Below, piece by piece: positions 24,960 through 38,714 of a stretch of DNA of 64,000 bases (positions within the stretch are counted from its first letter, which is position 1; every line of letters starts with the position of its first letter). The translations under genes and the position numbers were made by a program. Below the pieces are notes generated by a model. It ran no database searches. It was not told where the DNA came from and saw only the letters and a program-made list of their open reading frames with translations. The stretch is from Macrostomum hystrix. Its lineage: Eukaryota; Animalia; Platyhelminthes. The stretch spans positions 310,001 to 374,000 of the forward strand of contig CATNEN010000027.1 in NCBI GenBank assembly GCA_950097015.1, read 5' to 3'.

Positions 24960-25319
24960 CCGTACAGCCCCGCCCCAGTCCCTCACCTGCCCAAGACCTT
25001 CCACTGCACTCACAAAGCCTATTTAAAACAGCAGCGACTGTGTGTTAACTTATAACTTTTGTGTTATTTTTATAATTGCGTTATATTATATTATAGCGTA
25101 ATTATAAAGTATACCTATTAACTGCTTTTTTGTAGCAATTTGATCGGTATAAACTAATGTCGCTTAGTTTCCGATTGGTATGTATAAACTGTTAAACTAA
25201 AGTGTAAAACCCAAAGCAGACCGACCAACTTGCACTAATGCTCATGGATAGAGACGAACACAAATCGTAATGTACACTGTGATGTGCACCGTTTTGTACA
25301 GGACAATGGCAGATTTTGT

Positions 25320-26015
25320 ACAGTACAATGTACATAGCAGTGTACACAGTGATAAACAGTACAATGTACATAGCAGTGTACACAGTGATGAACAGTGTAA
25401 TGTACATAGCAGTGTCCACAGTGATGAACAGTATAATGTACATAACAGTGTCCACAGTGATGAACAGTACAATGTACATAGCAGTGTACACAGTGATGAA
25501 CAGTGCAATGTACATAGCAGTGTACACAGTGATGAACAGTATAATGTACATAGCAGTGTCCACAGTGATGAACAGTGCAATGTACATAGCAGTGTACACA
25601 GTGATGAACAGTGCAATGTACATAGCAGTGTACACAGTGATGAACAGTACAATGTACATAGCAGTGTACACAGTGATGAACAGTACAATGTACATAGCAG
25701 TGTACACAGTGATGAACAGTGCAATGTACATAGCAGTGTACACAGTGATGAACAGTGCAATGTACATAGCAGTGTACACAGTGATGAACAGTACAATGTA
25801 CATAGCAGTGTACACAGTGATGAACAGTACAATGTACATAGCAGTGTACACAGTGATGAACAGTACAATGTACATAGCAGTGTACACAGTGATGAACAGT
25901 GCAATGTACATAGCAGTGTACACAGTGATGAAAAGTGCAATGTACATAGCAGTGTACACAGTGATGAACAGTGCAATGTACATAGCAGTGTACACAGTGA
26001 TGGACAGTGCAATGT
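25320..26015. repeat. 36-bp minisatellite CAGTACAATGTACATAGCAGTGTACACAGTGATGAA
   Basis: About 19 copies downstream of ncs-2. Confidence 0.97.
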
Positions 26016-26574
26016 ACTGACATGCTCATTATTTCATGTGTAGTCACAAAGAAGACTCGATAAAGTACATCTACTTGAGTAGTGATGTCACCGCGGCCTG
26101 CTCATTAGCATAGGATTTGCATAGTGATAGGATTGCTTGAATCTGCCATTTACCCACCCTAAATTAGGTTGCTGCCTATTGAACAAATTCGGCAATCCCT
26201 AAGCTAGGGCGGCAGAATAAGAGAGACTTATAGCCAGCCAATTATCGCACCAATCATCTGTGGCTTACGTCGAGCATCGCCTCTTCTTATTGGCGTCAGA
26301 TTTTTCGGTCCAAGAGGCAGAAATGAAAAGGCACGTCAAATTTTTCCTCTCTCGCTACTTCCCAACGATTTGTTTAAGAAAAATGTATTACTTGCCATAT
26401 TCGTTGGTGTTCTACTTATAGTAGGGTAGAGCAAAAGTGATTTTTTAATTTCCTCTATTCCAAAGCATTATTCAGCCACATGTTTAATAGTGCAAATCAA
26501 AATAATAACTAGCTCTCAAACCCAAACTGACCAGTTGCCTGAATTCTTCAATACTACTCAACACAGTAGAATCG

Positions 26575-26845
26575 GATCCTTCAGTGAGTCCGCCTTGACC
26601 CTCTGATCCTTCAGTGAGTCAGTCTTGACCCTCTGATCCTTCAGTGAGTCAGTCTTGACCCTCTGATCCTTCAGTGAGTCAGTCTTGACCCTCTGATCCT
26701 TCAGTGAGTCAGTCTTGACCCTCTGATCCTTCAGTGAGTCAGTCTTGACCCTCTGATCCTTCAGTGAGTCAGTCTTGACCCTCTGATCCTTCAGTGAGTC
26801 CGCCTTGACCCTCTGATCCTTCAGTGAGTCCGCCTTGACCCTCTA
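26575..26845. repeat. 30-bp minisatellite GATCCTTCAGTGAGTCAGTCTTGACCCTCT (~9 copies)
   Basis: Direct reading. Confidence 0.96.
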
Positions 26846-27518
26846 TCTCATTCACGAGTGAGTCCGCTGAAGTTGTAGTGTTTTATTTTGACTAGCTGCA
26901 CTTGCTTTAAATCCATTCCGAAGTTTCTTGGTCATCAGTCGTTCTGTAACTGTGTGTCTGGCTTTTAAGAGCGACTATGAAATGCTGCAACAGCCTCACA
27001 AACCCGTGTTCTAAAGATCCCAGCAACTACTTGTCCCTACTCCTGCTTCAGCAGTGTAATCGGCTTGCCATTTGAAATTCTTTACCTGTTAGTGTTTCAT
27101 TTTTTGTTCTAATTTCCCTTCAGAAACCAGTCCTACATAATAACTAAGCCCTTATAGCAGAACCGTGTTTTTCCTAAACTCATGTGCTAATTGCAAGTGG
27201 ATTCGAAACTCAACAATCTCAAACAAATAAAATAAGTATGGAAGATCGTCGAATGATTATAATGCTTTGAAGTAAACACCGAACAGAGAAATAAATATGA
27301 TTTATTTTTTTTTCCAAGCTGTCGAGGTAAAACAAATACTTGAATAGCGGTTTAGAGACATTTTTCGTCTTAAGTCAATAGTTGAACAATTAAACAATTC
27401 AAACAATGAACAACGAAAAAAAACGACAGCGGAAAATAATAACGAATCCCGCTTAATTAGTTAGCCAGAATTTCACAGCACTCAGCCAGTTCTGCTAGCA
27501 GTTTTCAGTCTAGGCTGG

Positions 27519-27753
27519 CTAGTACAGGTACTCTCGGCACATCTCATCCTGGTGCACATCCTGGCCAGTTAGCGTCTCCAGTACCTTGCAGATGTTTTCA
27601 ATGCAGCTGTACAACGGCCTATAGCCGTACTCCCTGTTGCTAATATAGCGAACAACGTGCTCCAGGTTGAATGCCCTGCAGTCTGGCAGGCGGATACGCG
27701 CATTTGAACTGTCCGCCATGGCCCTGCGGAGGTTGCGAAGCGTAGCATAACTA
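27519..27753 (-). CDS. Unrecognised secreted cysteine-rich protein, exon 2
   Basis: 58-nt intron 27754-27811 (GTAAGT..CACTGAC..TTTAACAG) joins the two ORF-track fragments in frame (HIKN|SYATLR); GC3-rich codons. Confidence 0.75.
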
Positions 27754-27811
27754 CTGTTAAACAGTAGGTCAGTGCGATATTGTCACCAATTCAATTGGAT
27801 AGGCAACTTAC

Positions 27812-28092
27812 TTCTTGATGTGAGGCTTGGCGCCTTCGCAGTTGTCGGGATCGCCAATCACGATGTAGACATTGTTTCCAGATCTGGGGTAAAGCAGGAT
27901 CGCATTCCTGCAATAACTTAGCCTCTTTGTACAGCCCGGCATGGGCACTTTCATTCCTAGCGTGATGGCCTGCCCCACAACACCCGTGTCAGTGGTGGCA
28001 GGACTCAGGCAGACATAGTTTCGCTCTCCGCTGACCAGCCCGTTGGCTGCCACTAGAAGCAGAGCAGCAAGGAGAGAAGAGTGCCCGCACAT
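27812..28092 (-). CDS. Unrecognised secreted cysteine-rich protein, exon 1 (signal peptide)
   Basis: MCGHSSLLAALLLVAANGLVSG hydrophobic leader; donor AAGAA|GTAAGT; upstream TATA box. Confidence 0.75.
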
Positions 28093-28194
28093 GGCTATCA
28101 CTGGATTTTTTAGCACTGCCGAGTAGAATGGCTTAGAGTCTACTTCTCTTGGCAAGAGACTGGTTGAAGAAAATATCATGGAGAATTCGCAACG

Positions 28195-28202
28195 TATTTA
28201 TA
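28195..28202 (-). promoter_or_regulatory. TATA box (TATAAATA) upstream of the secreted-protein gene
   Basis: Consensus match ~105 nt upstream of ATG 28092. Confidence 0.5.
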
Positions 28203-28334
28203 GACGATTTCGCCGCGTCTCGGAGTGTATCTCAAGCAAGGTGCTGAGCAGGCAACTTTTTTGGCTTTTAGCCAGAACCAATCTGATTGGCTGCTTAAAT
28301 GCTCCCAGAGAAAGGCTTTGCCAGCATTGAATGA

Positions 28335-31300
28335 CAGCAGTAGCTCATAAATGACAAACATTAGCTCATGAATGACAAACAGTAGCTCATGAATGACAGC
28401 AGTAGCTCATAAATGACAAACATTAGCTCATGAATGACAAACAGTAGCTCATGAATGACAGCAGTAGCTCATGAATGACAGCAGTTGCTCATGAATGACA
28501 GCAGTAGCTCATGAATGACAAAAAGTAGTTAATGAATGACAACAGTAGCTCATGAATGACAGCTCATGAATGACAAACAGTAGCTAATGAATGACAAACA
28601 GTAGCTCATGAATGACAACAGTAGCTCATGAATGACAGCTCATAAATGACAAACATTAGCTCATGAATGACAAACAGTAGCTCATGAATGACAGCAGTAG
28701 CTCATGAATGACAAACAGTAGCTCATGAATGACAGCAGTTGCTCATGAATGACAGCAGTAGCTCATGAATGACAAAAAGTAGTTAATGAATGACAACAGT
28801 AGCTCATGAATGACAGCTCATGAATGACAAACAGTAGCTAATGAATGACAACAGTAGCTCATGAATGACAAGCAGGAGTTCATGAATGACAACAGTAGCT
28901 CATGAATGACAACAGTAGCTCATGAATGACAAGCAGGAGTTCATGAATGACAAACAGTAGTTCATGAATGACAAACAGTAGTTCATGAATGACAGCAGTA
29001 GCTCATGAATGACAAACAGTAGTTAATGAATGACAACAGTAGCTCATGAATGACAAACAGTAGTTAATGAATGACAACAGTAGCTCATGAATGACAAACA
29101 GTAGTTAATGAATGACAACAGTAGCTCATGAATGACAGCTCATGAATGACAAACAGTAGCTCATGAATGACAAACAGTAGTTCATGAATGACAAACAGTA
29201 GTTAATGAATGACAACAGTAGCTCATGAATGACAAACAGTAGTTCATGAATGACAAACAGTAGTTCATGAATGACAAACAGTAGTTCATGAATGACAGCA
29301 GTAGCTCATGAATGACAGCAGTAGCTCATGAATGACAGCAGTAGTTCATGAATGACAGCAGTAGTTCATGAATGACAGCAGTAGTTCATGAATGACAGCA
29401 GTAGTTCATGAATGACAGCAGTAGCTCATGAATGACAGCAGTAGCTCATGAATGACAGCAGTAGTTCATGAATGACAAACAGTAGCTCATGAATGACAGC
29501 AGTAGCTCATGAATGACAGCAGTAGCTCATGAATGACAGCAGTAGCTCATAAATGACAAACATTAGCTCATGAATGACAAACAGTAGCTCATGAATGACA
29601 GCAGTAGCTCATGAATGACAGCAGTTGCTCATGAATGACAGCAGTAGCTCATGAATGACAAAAAGTAGTTAATGAATGACAACAGTAGCTCATGAATGAC
29701 AGCTCATGAATGACAAACAGTAGCTCATGAATGACAAACAGTAGTTCATGAATGACAAACAGTAGTTCATGAATGACAAACAGTAGTTAATGAATGACAA
29801 CAGTAGCTCATGAATGACAAACAGTAGTTAATGAATGACAACAGTAGCTCATGAATGACAGCTCATGAATGACAAACAGTAGTTCATGAATGACAAACAG
29901 TAGTTCATGAATGACAGCAGTAGCTCATGAATAGCAAACAGTAGCTCATGAATGACAGCAGTAGTTCATGAATGACAGCAGTAGCTCATGAATGACAGCA
30001 GTAGCTCATGAATGACAGCAGTAGCTCATGAATGACAGCAGTAGTTCAGAATGACAGCAGTAGCTCATGAATGACAGCAGTAGCTCATGAATGACAGCAG
30101 TAGCTCATGAATGACAGCAGTAGCTCATGAATGACAGCAGTAGCTCATGAATGACAGCAGTAGCTCATGAATGACAGCTCATGAATGACAAACAGTAGCT
30201 CATGAATGACAGCAGTAGCTCATGAATGACAGCAGTAGCTCATGAATGACAGCAGTAGTTCATGAATGATAGCAGTAGCTCATGAATGACAGCAGTAGCT
30301 CATGAATGACAGCAGTAGCTCATGAATGACAGCAGTAGCTCATGAATGACAGCAGTAGCTCATGAATGACAGCAGTAGCTCATGAATGACAGCAGTAGCT
30401 CATGAATGACAGCAGTAGCTCATGAATGACAGCAGTAGCTCATGAATGACAGCTCATGAATGACAAACAGTAGCTCATGAATGACAGCAGTAGCTCATGA
30501 ATGACAGCAGTAGCTCATGAATGACAGCAGTAGTTCATGAATGACAGCAGTAGCTCATGAATGACAGCAGTAGCTCATGAATGACAGCAGTAGCTCATGA
30601 ATGACAGCAGTAGCTCATGAATGACAGCAGTAGCTCATGAATGACAGCTCATGAATGACAAACAGTAGCTCATGAATGACAGCAGTAGCTCCTGAATGAC
30701 AGCTAATGAATGACAAAGAGTAGCTCATGAATGACAAACAGTAGCTCATGAATGACAGCAGTAGCTCATGAATGACAGCAGTAGCTCATGAATGACAGCA
30801 GTAGCTCATAAATGACAAACATTAGCTCATGAATGACAAACAGTAGCTCATGAATGACAGCAGTAGTTCATGAATGACAGCAGTAGCTCATGAATGACAG
30901 CAGTAGCTCATGAATGACAGCAGTAGCTCATGAATGACAGCAGTAGCTCATGAATGACAGCAGTAGTTCAGAATGACAGCAGTAGCTCATGAATGACAGC
31001 AGTAGCTCATGAATGACAGCAGTAGCTCATGAATGACAGCAGTAGCTCATGAATGACAGCAGTAGCTCATGAATGACAGCAGTAGTTCAGAATGACAGCA
31101 GTAGCTCATGAATGACAGCAGTAGCTCATGAATGACAGCAGTAGCTCATGAATGACAGCAGTAGCTCATGAATGACAGCAGTAGCTCATGAATGACAGCA
31201 GTAGCTCATGAATGACAGCTCATGAATGACAAACAGTAGCTCATGAATGACAGCAGTAGCTCATGAATGACAGCAGTAGTTCAGAATGACAGCAGTAGCT

Positions 31301-33215
31301 CATGAATGACAGCAGTAGCTCATGAATGACAGCAGTAGCTCATGAATGACAGCAGTAGCTCATGAATGACAGCAGTAGCTCATGAATGACAGCAGTAGCT
31401 CATGAATGACAGCTCATGAATGACAAACAGTAGCTCATGAATGACAGCAGTAGCTCATGAATGACAGCAGTAGCTCATGAATGACAGCAGTAGTTCATGA
31501 ATGATAGCAGTAGCTCATGAATGACAGCAGTAGCTCATGAATGACAGCAGTAGCTCATGAATGACAGCAGTAGCTCATGAATGACAGCAGTAGCTCATGA
31601 ATGACAGCAGTAGCTCATGAATGACAGCTCATGAATGACAAACAGTAGCTCATGAATGACAGCAGTAGCTCATGAATGACAGCAGTAGCTCATGAATGAC
31701 AGCAGTAGTTCATGAATGACAGCAGTAGCTCATGAATGACAGCAGTAGCTCATGAATGACAGCAGTAGCTCATGAATGACAGCAGTAGCTCATGAATGAC
31801 AGCAGTAGCTCATGAATGACAGCTCATGAATGACAAACAGTAGCTCATGAATGACAGCAGTAGCTCCTGAATGACAGCTAATGAATGACAAACAGTAGCT
31901 CATGAATGACAAACAGTAGCTCATGAATGACAGCAGTAGCTCATGAATGACAGCAGTAGCTCATGAATGACAGCAGTAGCTCATAAATGACAAACATTAG
32001 CTCATGAATGACAAACAGTAGCTCATGAATGACAGCAGTAGCTCATGAATGACAGCAGTAGCTCATGAATGACAAACATTAGCTCATGAATGACAAACAG
32101 TAGCTCATGAATGACAGCAGTAGCTCATGAATGACAGCAGTTGCTCATGAATGACAGCAGTAGCTCATGAATGACAAAAAGTAGTTAATGAATGACAACA
32201 GTAGCTCATGAATGACAGCTCATGAATGACAAACAATAGCTCATGAATGACAGCAGTAGCTCATGAATGACAGCAGTAGCTCATGAATGACAGCAGTAGC
32301 TCATGAATGACAGCAGTAGCTCATGAATGACAGCTCATGAATGACAAACAGTAGCTCATGAATGACAGCAGTAGCTCATGAATGACAGCTCATGAATGAC
32401 AAACAATAGCTCATGAATGACAGCAGTAGCTCATGAATGACAGCAGTAGCTCATGAATGACAGCAGTAGTTCATGAATGATAGCAGTAGCTCATGAATGA
32501 CAGCAGTAGCTCATGAATGACAGCAGTAGCTCATGAATGACAGCAGTAGCTCATGAATGACAGCTCATGAATGACAGCAGTAGCTCATGAATGACAGCAG
32601 TAGTTCATGAATGATAGCAGTAGCTCATGAATGACAGCAGTAGCTCATGAATGACAGCAGTAGTTCATGAATGACAGCAGTAGTTCATGAATGACAGCAG
32701 TAGCTCATGAATGACAAGCAGTAGCTCATGAATGACAAACAGTAGTTCATGAATGACAGCTCATGAATGACAGCTCATGAATGACAGCTCATGAATGACA
32801 AACAGTAGCTCATGAATGACAGCAGTAGCTCATGAATGACAGCAGTAGCTCATGAATGACAGCAGTAGTTCATGAATGACAGCAGTAGCTCATGAATGAC
32901 AGCAGTAGCTCATGAATGACAGCAGTAGCTCATGAATGACAGCAGTAGCTCATGAATGACAGCAGTAGCTCATGAATGACAGCTCATGAATGACAAACAG
33001 TAGCTCATGAATGACAGCAGTAGCTCCTGAATGACAGCTAATGAATGACAAAGAGTAGCTCATGAATGACAAACAGTAGCTCATGAATGACAGCAGTAGT
33101 TCATGAATGACAGCAGTAGCTCATGAATGACAAACAGTAGCTCATGAATGACAGCAGTAGCTCATGAATGACAGCAGTAGCTCATGAATGACAGCAGTAG
33201 CTCATGAATAACAAT
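28335..33215. repeat. 4.9-kb minisatellite CATGAATGACAGCAGTAGCT (20 bp, with 21- and 14-bp variants)
   Basis: Direct reading; recurring variant blocks. Confidence 0.98.
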
Positions 33216-33469
33216 AGTAGGTGTTGTCATTATTTTAATAGATATATAGGAGTATATATTAAAACTATAAATTATGAGTTTCTAGCTATTTGTTGCTTTA
33301 AATGTACTTTCGGTACGGTCGTTTTCACTGTGGTTTAAGAATTTATTCCCAACATGATCACTTCAGGAATTTTGGTTGCAAATTTTGCAAAAATTTCTGC
33401 ACTGTTTTGAAAATCTAGCCAGAAAAAATAATGCTTTTTTCCTACTTTTTTTAGGGTTGTGAAAAGCGT

Positions 33470-34075
33470 TTGGCAGGTCATGGAAGGTGTCTTAGGAGGT
33501 CATAGTAGTTATCTTAGGAGGTCTTGGAAGGTGTTTTGGCAGGTCATAGAAGTTATCTTAGGAGGTCTTGGAAGGTGTTTTGGCAGGTCATGGAAGGTGT
33601 CTTAGGAGGTCATGGAAGGTGTTTTGGCAGGTCATGGAAGGTGTCTTAGGAGGTCTTGGAAGGTGTTTTGGCAGGTCATGGAAGGTGTCTTAGGAGGTCT
33701 TGGAAGGTGTTTTGGCAAGGTCATGGAAGGTGTCTTAGGAGGTCTTGGAAGGTGTTTTGGCAAGGTCATGGAAGGTGTCTTAGGAGGTCTTGGAAGGTGT
33801 TTTGGCAAGGTCATGGAAGGTGTCTTAGGAGGTCTTGGAAGGTGTTTTGGCAGGTCATGGAAGTTATCTTAGGAGGTCTTGGAAGGTGTTTTGGCAAGGT
33901 CATGGAAGGTGTCTTAGGAGGTCTTGGAAGGTGTTTTGGCAAGGTCATGGAAGGTGTCTTAGGAGGTCTTGGAAGGTGTTTTGGCATGTCATGGAAGGTG
34001 TTTTGGCAAGGTCATGGAAAGTGATTTGGAAGGTCATGGAAGGTGTTTTGGCAAGGTCATGGAAGGTGTTTTATC
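33470..34075. repeat. 44-45-bp dimeric minisatellite (two ~22-bp GGAAGGTGT subunits)
   Basis: GGTCATGGAAGGTGTCTTAGGA alternates with GGTCTTGGAAGGTGTTTTGGCA(A). Confidence 0.95.
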
Positions 34076-34719
34076 GAGGTCTTTCGCATCCGTATGTTGT
34101 GAGATTCGATAAACAATATATATTTGTTTGTCCTGTTACTTTGCTGATAGTACTGTCGCATTGGCCTCAAGCAATCAGATGCTAGAAGACAATTTCAGCA
34201 GAAGCTAATAGAGATTGGTGCACAGTTTCAGTTGAAACCGTGGCGGCTGACCTGAGAAACTAAAAAAATCGAGTTAGTCTGGCGCCTCAGAATTACAATC
34301 TTCGTGGCGTCTGTCTATGTCTGGCTAGCTGGCTGCCGACCAGATCGAGAATAGACTCACCTAACAGGTGTTACAAGTGTTGCGGCATCAAAGAGGGGCT
34401 TGTTGATTGCAGAGGCAAAGATGATGATTATACCCCTACGATTTGCAGCGGACCCAACAGCTGTGACTAAGCCAGCCAGGAATGCAATTCCTGCAACAAT
34501 CTCACTGCTGTTTGGCTTCTTGGTCAAAGAAATTGATTGTTCTGGCCCTTAAGTCATTGCTTGTATGACTCCAAGCTTGGCTGACACAGAACCACGTCAC
34601 GAATCACCAGACACAATGGAAGCAGGTGTGTTATCGTCTCTTGCGACAGTTTGGGAGAATTATCATGCACGCACAATGAGAATCACAATGCTAAATTTCA
34701 GGAGAACTGCATATTTGCT

Positions 34720-36290
34720 GATCTTTACAGAACAGGTTCCGATCTTACAGACAGGTTCAGATCCTTACAGACAGGTTTAAATCTTACAGAACAGGTTCAG
34801 ATCCTTACAGACAGGTTCAGATCTTACAGACAGGTTCAGATCTTACAGACAGGTTCAGATCCTTACAGACAGGTTTAAATCTTACAGAACAGGTTCAGAT
34901 CCTTACAGACAGGTTCAGATCCTTACAGACAGGTTCAGATCCTTACAGACAGGTTTAAATCTTACAGACAGGTTCAGATCTTACAGACAGGTTCAGATCC
35001 TTACAGACAGGTTTAAATCTTACAGAACAGGTTCAGATCCTTACAGACAGGTTCAGATCTTACAGACAGGTTCAGATCTTACAGACAGGTTCAGATCCTT
35101 ACAGACAGGTTTAAATCTTACAGAACAGGTTCAGATCCTTACAGAGAGGTTCAGATCCTTACAGACAGGTTCAGATCCTTACAGACAGGTTTAAATCTTA
35201 CAGAACAGGTTTAAATCTTACAGAACAGGTTCAGATCTTACAGACAGGTTCAGATCTTACAGACAGGTTCAGATCTTACAGACAGGTTCAGATCCTTACA
35301 GACAGGTTCAGATCTTACAGACAGGTTCAGATCCTTACAGACAGGTTCAGATCTTACAGACAGGTTCAGATCTTACAGACAGGTTCAGATCTTACAGACA
35401 GGTTCAGATCTTACAGACAGGTTCAGATCTTACAGACAGGTTCAGATCTTACAGACAGGTTCAGATCTTACAGACAGGTTCAGATCTTACAGACAGGTTC
35501 AGATCTTACAGACAGGTTCAGATCCTTACAGACAGGTTTAAATCTTACAGAACAGGTTTAAATCTTACAGAACAGGTTCAGATCCTTACAGACAGGTTCA
35601 GATCTTACAGACAGGTTCAGATCCTTACAGACAGGTTTAAATCTTACAGAACAGGTTCAGATCCTTACAGACAGGTTCAGATCTTACAGACAGGTTCAGA
35701 TCTTACAGACAGGTTCAGATCTTACAGACAGGTTCAGATCTTACAGACAGGTTCAGATCTTACAGACAGGTTCAGATCTTACAGACAGGTTCAGATCCTT
35801 ACAGACAGGTTTAAATCTTACAGAACAGGTTCAGATCCTTACAGACAGGTTCAGATCTTACAGACAGGTTCAGATCTTACAGACAGGTTCAGATCTTACA
35901 GAAAGGTTCAGATCTTACAGAAAGGTTCAGATCTTACAGACAGGTTCAGATCCTTACAGACAGGTTCAGATCCTTACAGACAGGTTCAGATCCTTACAGA
36001 CAGGTTCAGATCCTTACAGACAGGTTCAGATCCTTACAGACAGGTTCAGATCTTACAGACAGGTTCAGATCCTTACAGACAGGTTCAGATCCTTACAGAC
36101 AGGTTCAGATCTTACAGACAGGTTCAGATCTTACAGACAGGTTCAGATCTTACAGACAGGTTCAGATCTTACAGACAGGTTCAGATCTTATAGACAGGTT
36201 CAGATCCTTACAGACAGGTTCAGATCCTTACAGACAGGTTCAGATCCTTACAGACAGGTTCAGATCCTTACAGACAGGTTCAGATCTTAC
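34720..36290. repeat. 20/21-bp minisatellite CAGACAGGTTCAGATC(C)TTA
   Basis: Direct reading. Confidence 0.98.
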
Positions 36291-36771
36291 GAGCAACCGA
36301 CCATCTGTTCGAATCTTAACCCGATCAAAGTGATTTGTGTCGCTGAGCAGGGGCAAGGTGTGAGTTTTATCAATGAAATCCAAAATGTTCACATCTGTCA
36401 ATGCATTCGCGGCAAATTAATGAGCTAATTTTCGCTAAACCGGCTTTCGCCCCATTGTCAGGAATCAATGGGACACAGAGACAGTTGAGAAAACGACTCA
36501 TGTAAAAAATTCAGCGATTTGGGGCTGAAAAAACCTGTCAGTATTTTTCCCTCCCGGCAACCCGGCCGTGACTCTTTCTGCTCCAGAGTTCGCGCAAGGG
36601 AGAGGCTTTTTTTAGATAGTCTGGAGCAAATTTCCCAAAGTCCTTTGCTGAAACGAGGACTATTTTTCCATAACACTCGATCAGCAATCTACTTATTGAG
36701 AGGACCATAAAAAGCGCTTTTAGTTTTGCAAATGTTTTTTAAAACTCACATGCACAAATCTACGTAAAATC

Positions 36772-37850
36772 TATAAACCTACCTGGCAATCTACAAACCT
36801 ACCTGGCAATCTACAAACCTACCTGGCAATCTACAAACCTACCTGGCAATCTACAAACCTACCTGGCAATCTACAAACCTACCTGGCAATCTACAAACCT
36901 ACCTGGCAATCTACAAACCTACCTGGCAATCTACAAACCTACCTGGCAATCTACAAACCTACCTAGCAATCTACAAACCTACCTGGCAATCTACAAACCT
37001 ACCTGGCAATCTAAAAACCTACCTGGCAATCTACAAACCTACCTGGCAATCTACAAACCTACCTGGCAATCTACAAACCTACCTGGCAATCTACAAACCT
37101 ACCTAGCAATCTACAAACCTACCTGGCAATCTACAAACCTACCTGGCAATCTACAAACCTACCTGGCAATCTACAAACCTACCTGGCAATCTACAAACCT
37201 ACCTAGCAATCTACAAACCTACCTGGCAATCTACAAACCTACCTGGCAATCTACAAACCTACCTGGCAATCTACAAACCTACCTAGCAATCTACAAACCT
37301 ACCTGCCAACCTACAAACCTACCTGGCAATCTACAAACCTACCTGGCAATCTACAAACCTACCTGGCAATCTACAAACCTACCTGGCAATCTACAAACCT
37401 ACCTAGCAATCTACAAACCTACCTGGCAATCTACAAACCTACCTGGCAATCTACAAACCTACCTAGCAACCTACAAACCTACCTGGCAATCTACAAACCT
37501 ACCTAGCAACCTACAAACCTACCTGGCAATCTACAAACCTACCTAGCAACCTACAAACCTACCTGGCAATCTACAAACCTACCTGGCAATCTACAAACCT
37601 ACCTAGCAACCTACAAACCTACCTGCCAACCTACAAACCTACCTGGCAATCTACAAACCTACCTAGCAATCTACAAACCTACCTGGCAATCTACAAACCT
37701 ACCTGCCAACCTACAAACCTACCTGGCAATCTACAAACCTACCTGGCAATCTACAAACCTACCTAGCCATCTACTAACCTACCTAGCCATGTACTAACCT
37801 ACCTAGCCATGTACTAACCTACCTAGCCATCTACTAACCCACCTAGCCAT
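36772..37850. repeat. 20-bp minisatellite CTACAAACCTACCTGGCAAT
   Basis: Exact 20-bp register visible across lines. Confidence 0.98.
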
Positions 37851-38184
37851 GAGTCAATGCCGGTTGTAGTTAGCCTTGAGTTGCTCACTTAAAGTGCGCC
37901 CGGGTAGACAGAGAGTACCTTTGTCATCACGCCCTAGTCTAAAATTAGACTCAGGTGAAATAGTCTGAGATGCGGCAAACTTTTGTCATTTTTTTGCGTT
38001 CGTGTCTGGTTTGAACATTCAAACTGAAATTCAATCTGAGTTGAAATTGAACTCATTTAGATGCCTGGAAACGCTGATAATGGTTTCTATGTCTACAAGA
38101 AATTCGCCCCAATTATAATTTTAATAATGAGGTGCCTGGAGAATTAAAATTAGGAATCTTCAGAAGATTAAACATTACTTCGCG

Positions 38185-38435
38185 AGGAATCTTCCGAGGA
38201 ACTCTCTGGAATCTTCCGAGGAACTCTCTGGAATCTGCCGAGGAACTCTCTAGAATCTTCCGAGGAACTCTCTGAAACCGGCCGAGAAGCTCTCTGGAAT
38301 CTGCCGAGTAACACTCTGGAATCTTCCGAGGAACTCTCTGGAATCTGCCGAGGAACTCACTGGAATCTGCGGAGGAACTCTCTGGACTCTGCCGAGAAAC
38401 ACTTTGGAATCTGACGAGGAACTCTCTGGAATCTT
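38185..38435. repeat. Degenerate 22-bp minisatellite GGAATCTKCCGAGGAACTCTCT
   Basis: About 11 imperfect copies. Confidence 0.9.
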
Positions 38436-38714
38436 CAGTTTCTTGTATTTCACCTGAAACAATCCAACCACAGGAAAATAAAATAAAAAGTACAAAGTCC
38501 ACATTAGATTTCGCCTGTATTTAGTCTAGGTCGCTGGAGCATCTTTGTTAGGTGCTCTGGTCTGTACTGTGCATACTTCTAGTAAATACATTTATTTATA
38601 TTTATATTTCTAAACACTGCTGCCAATTCACTAACTGACTAAATAAATTGGTAAGGCTAAAAAAGTTGGCGCCATGCAAAGAAAATGCCTTTTTCGAGTC
38701 CTCCCTGAGGCGAC

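Noticed and set aside
25192-26047. Several 230-270-aa His/Cys-rich ORFs on both strands
   Set aside because: A 36-bp unit lacking stops in most frames; openness on both strands indicates a repeat artefact.
26923-26938. Hammerhead-like core CTGATGA-CCAA-GAAAC on the minus strand
   Set aside because: No stem II pairing, no NUH cleavage triplet after stem III and no complement for stem I.
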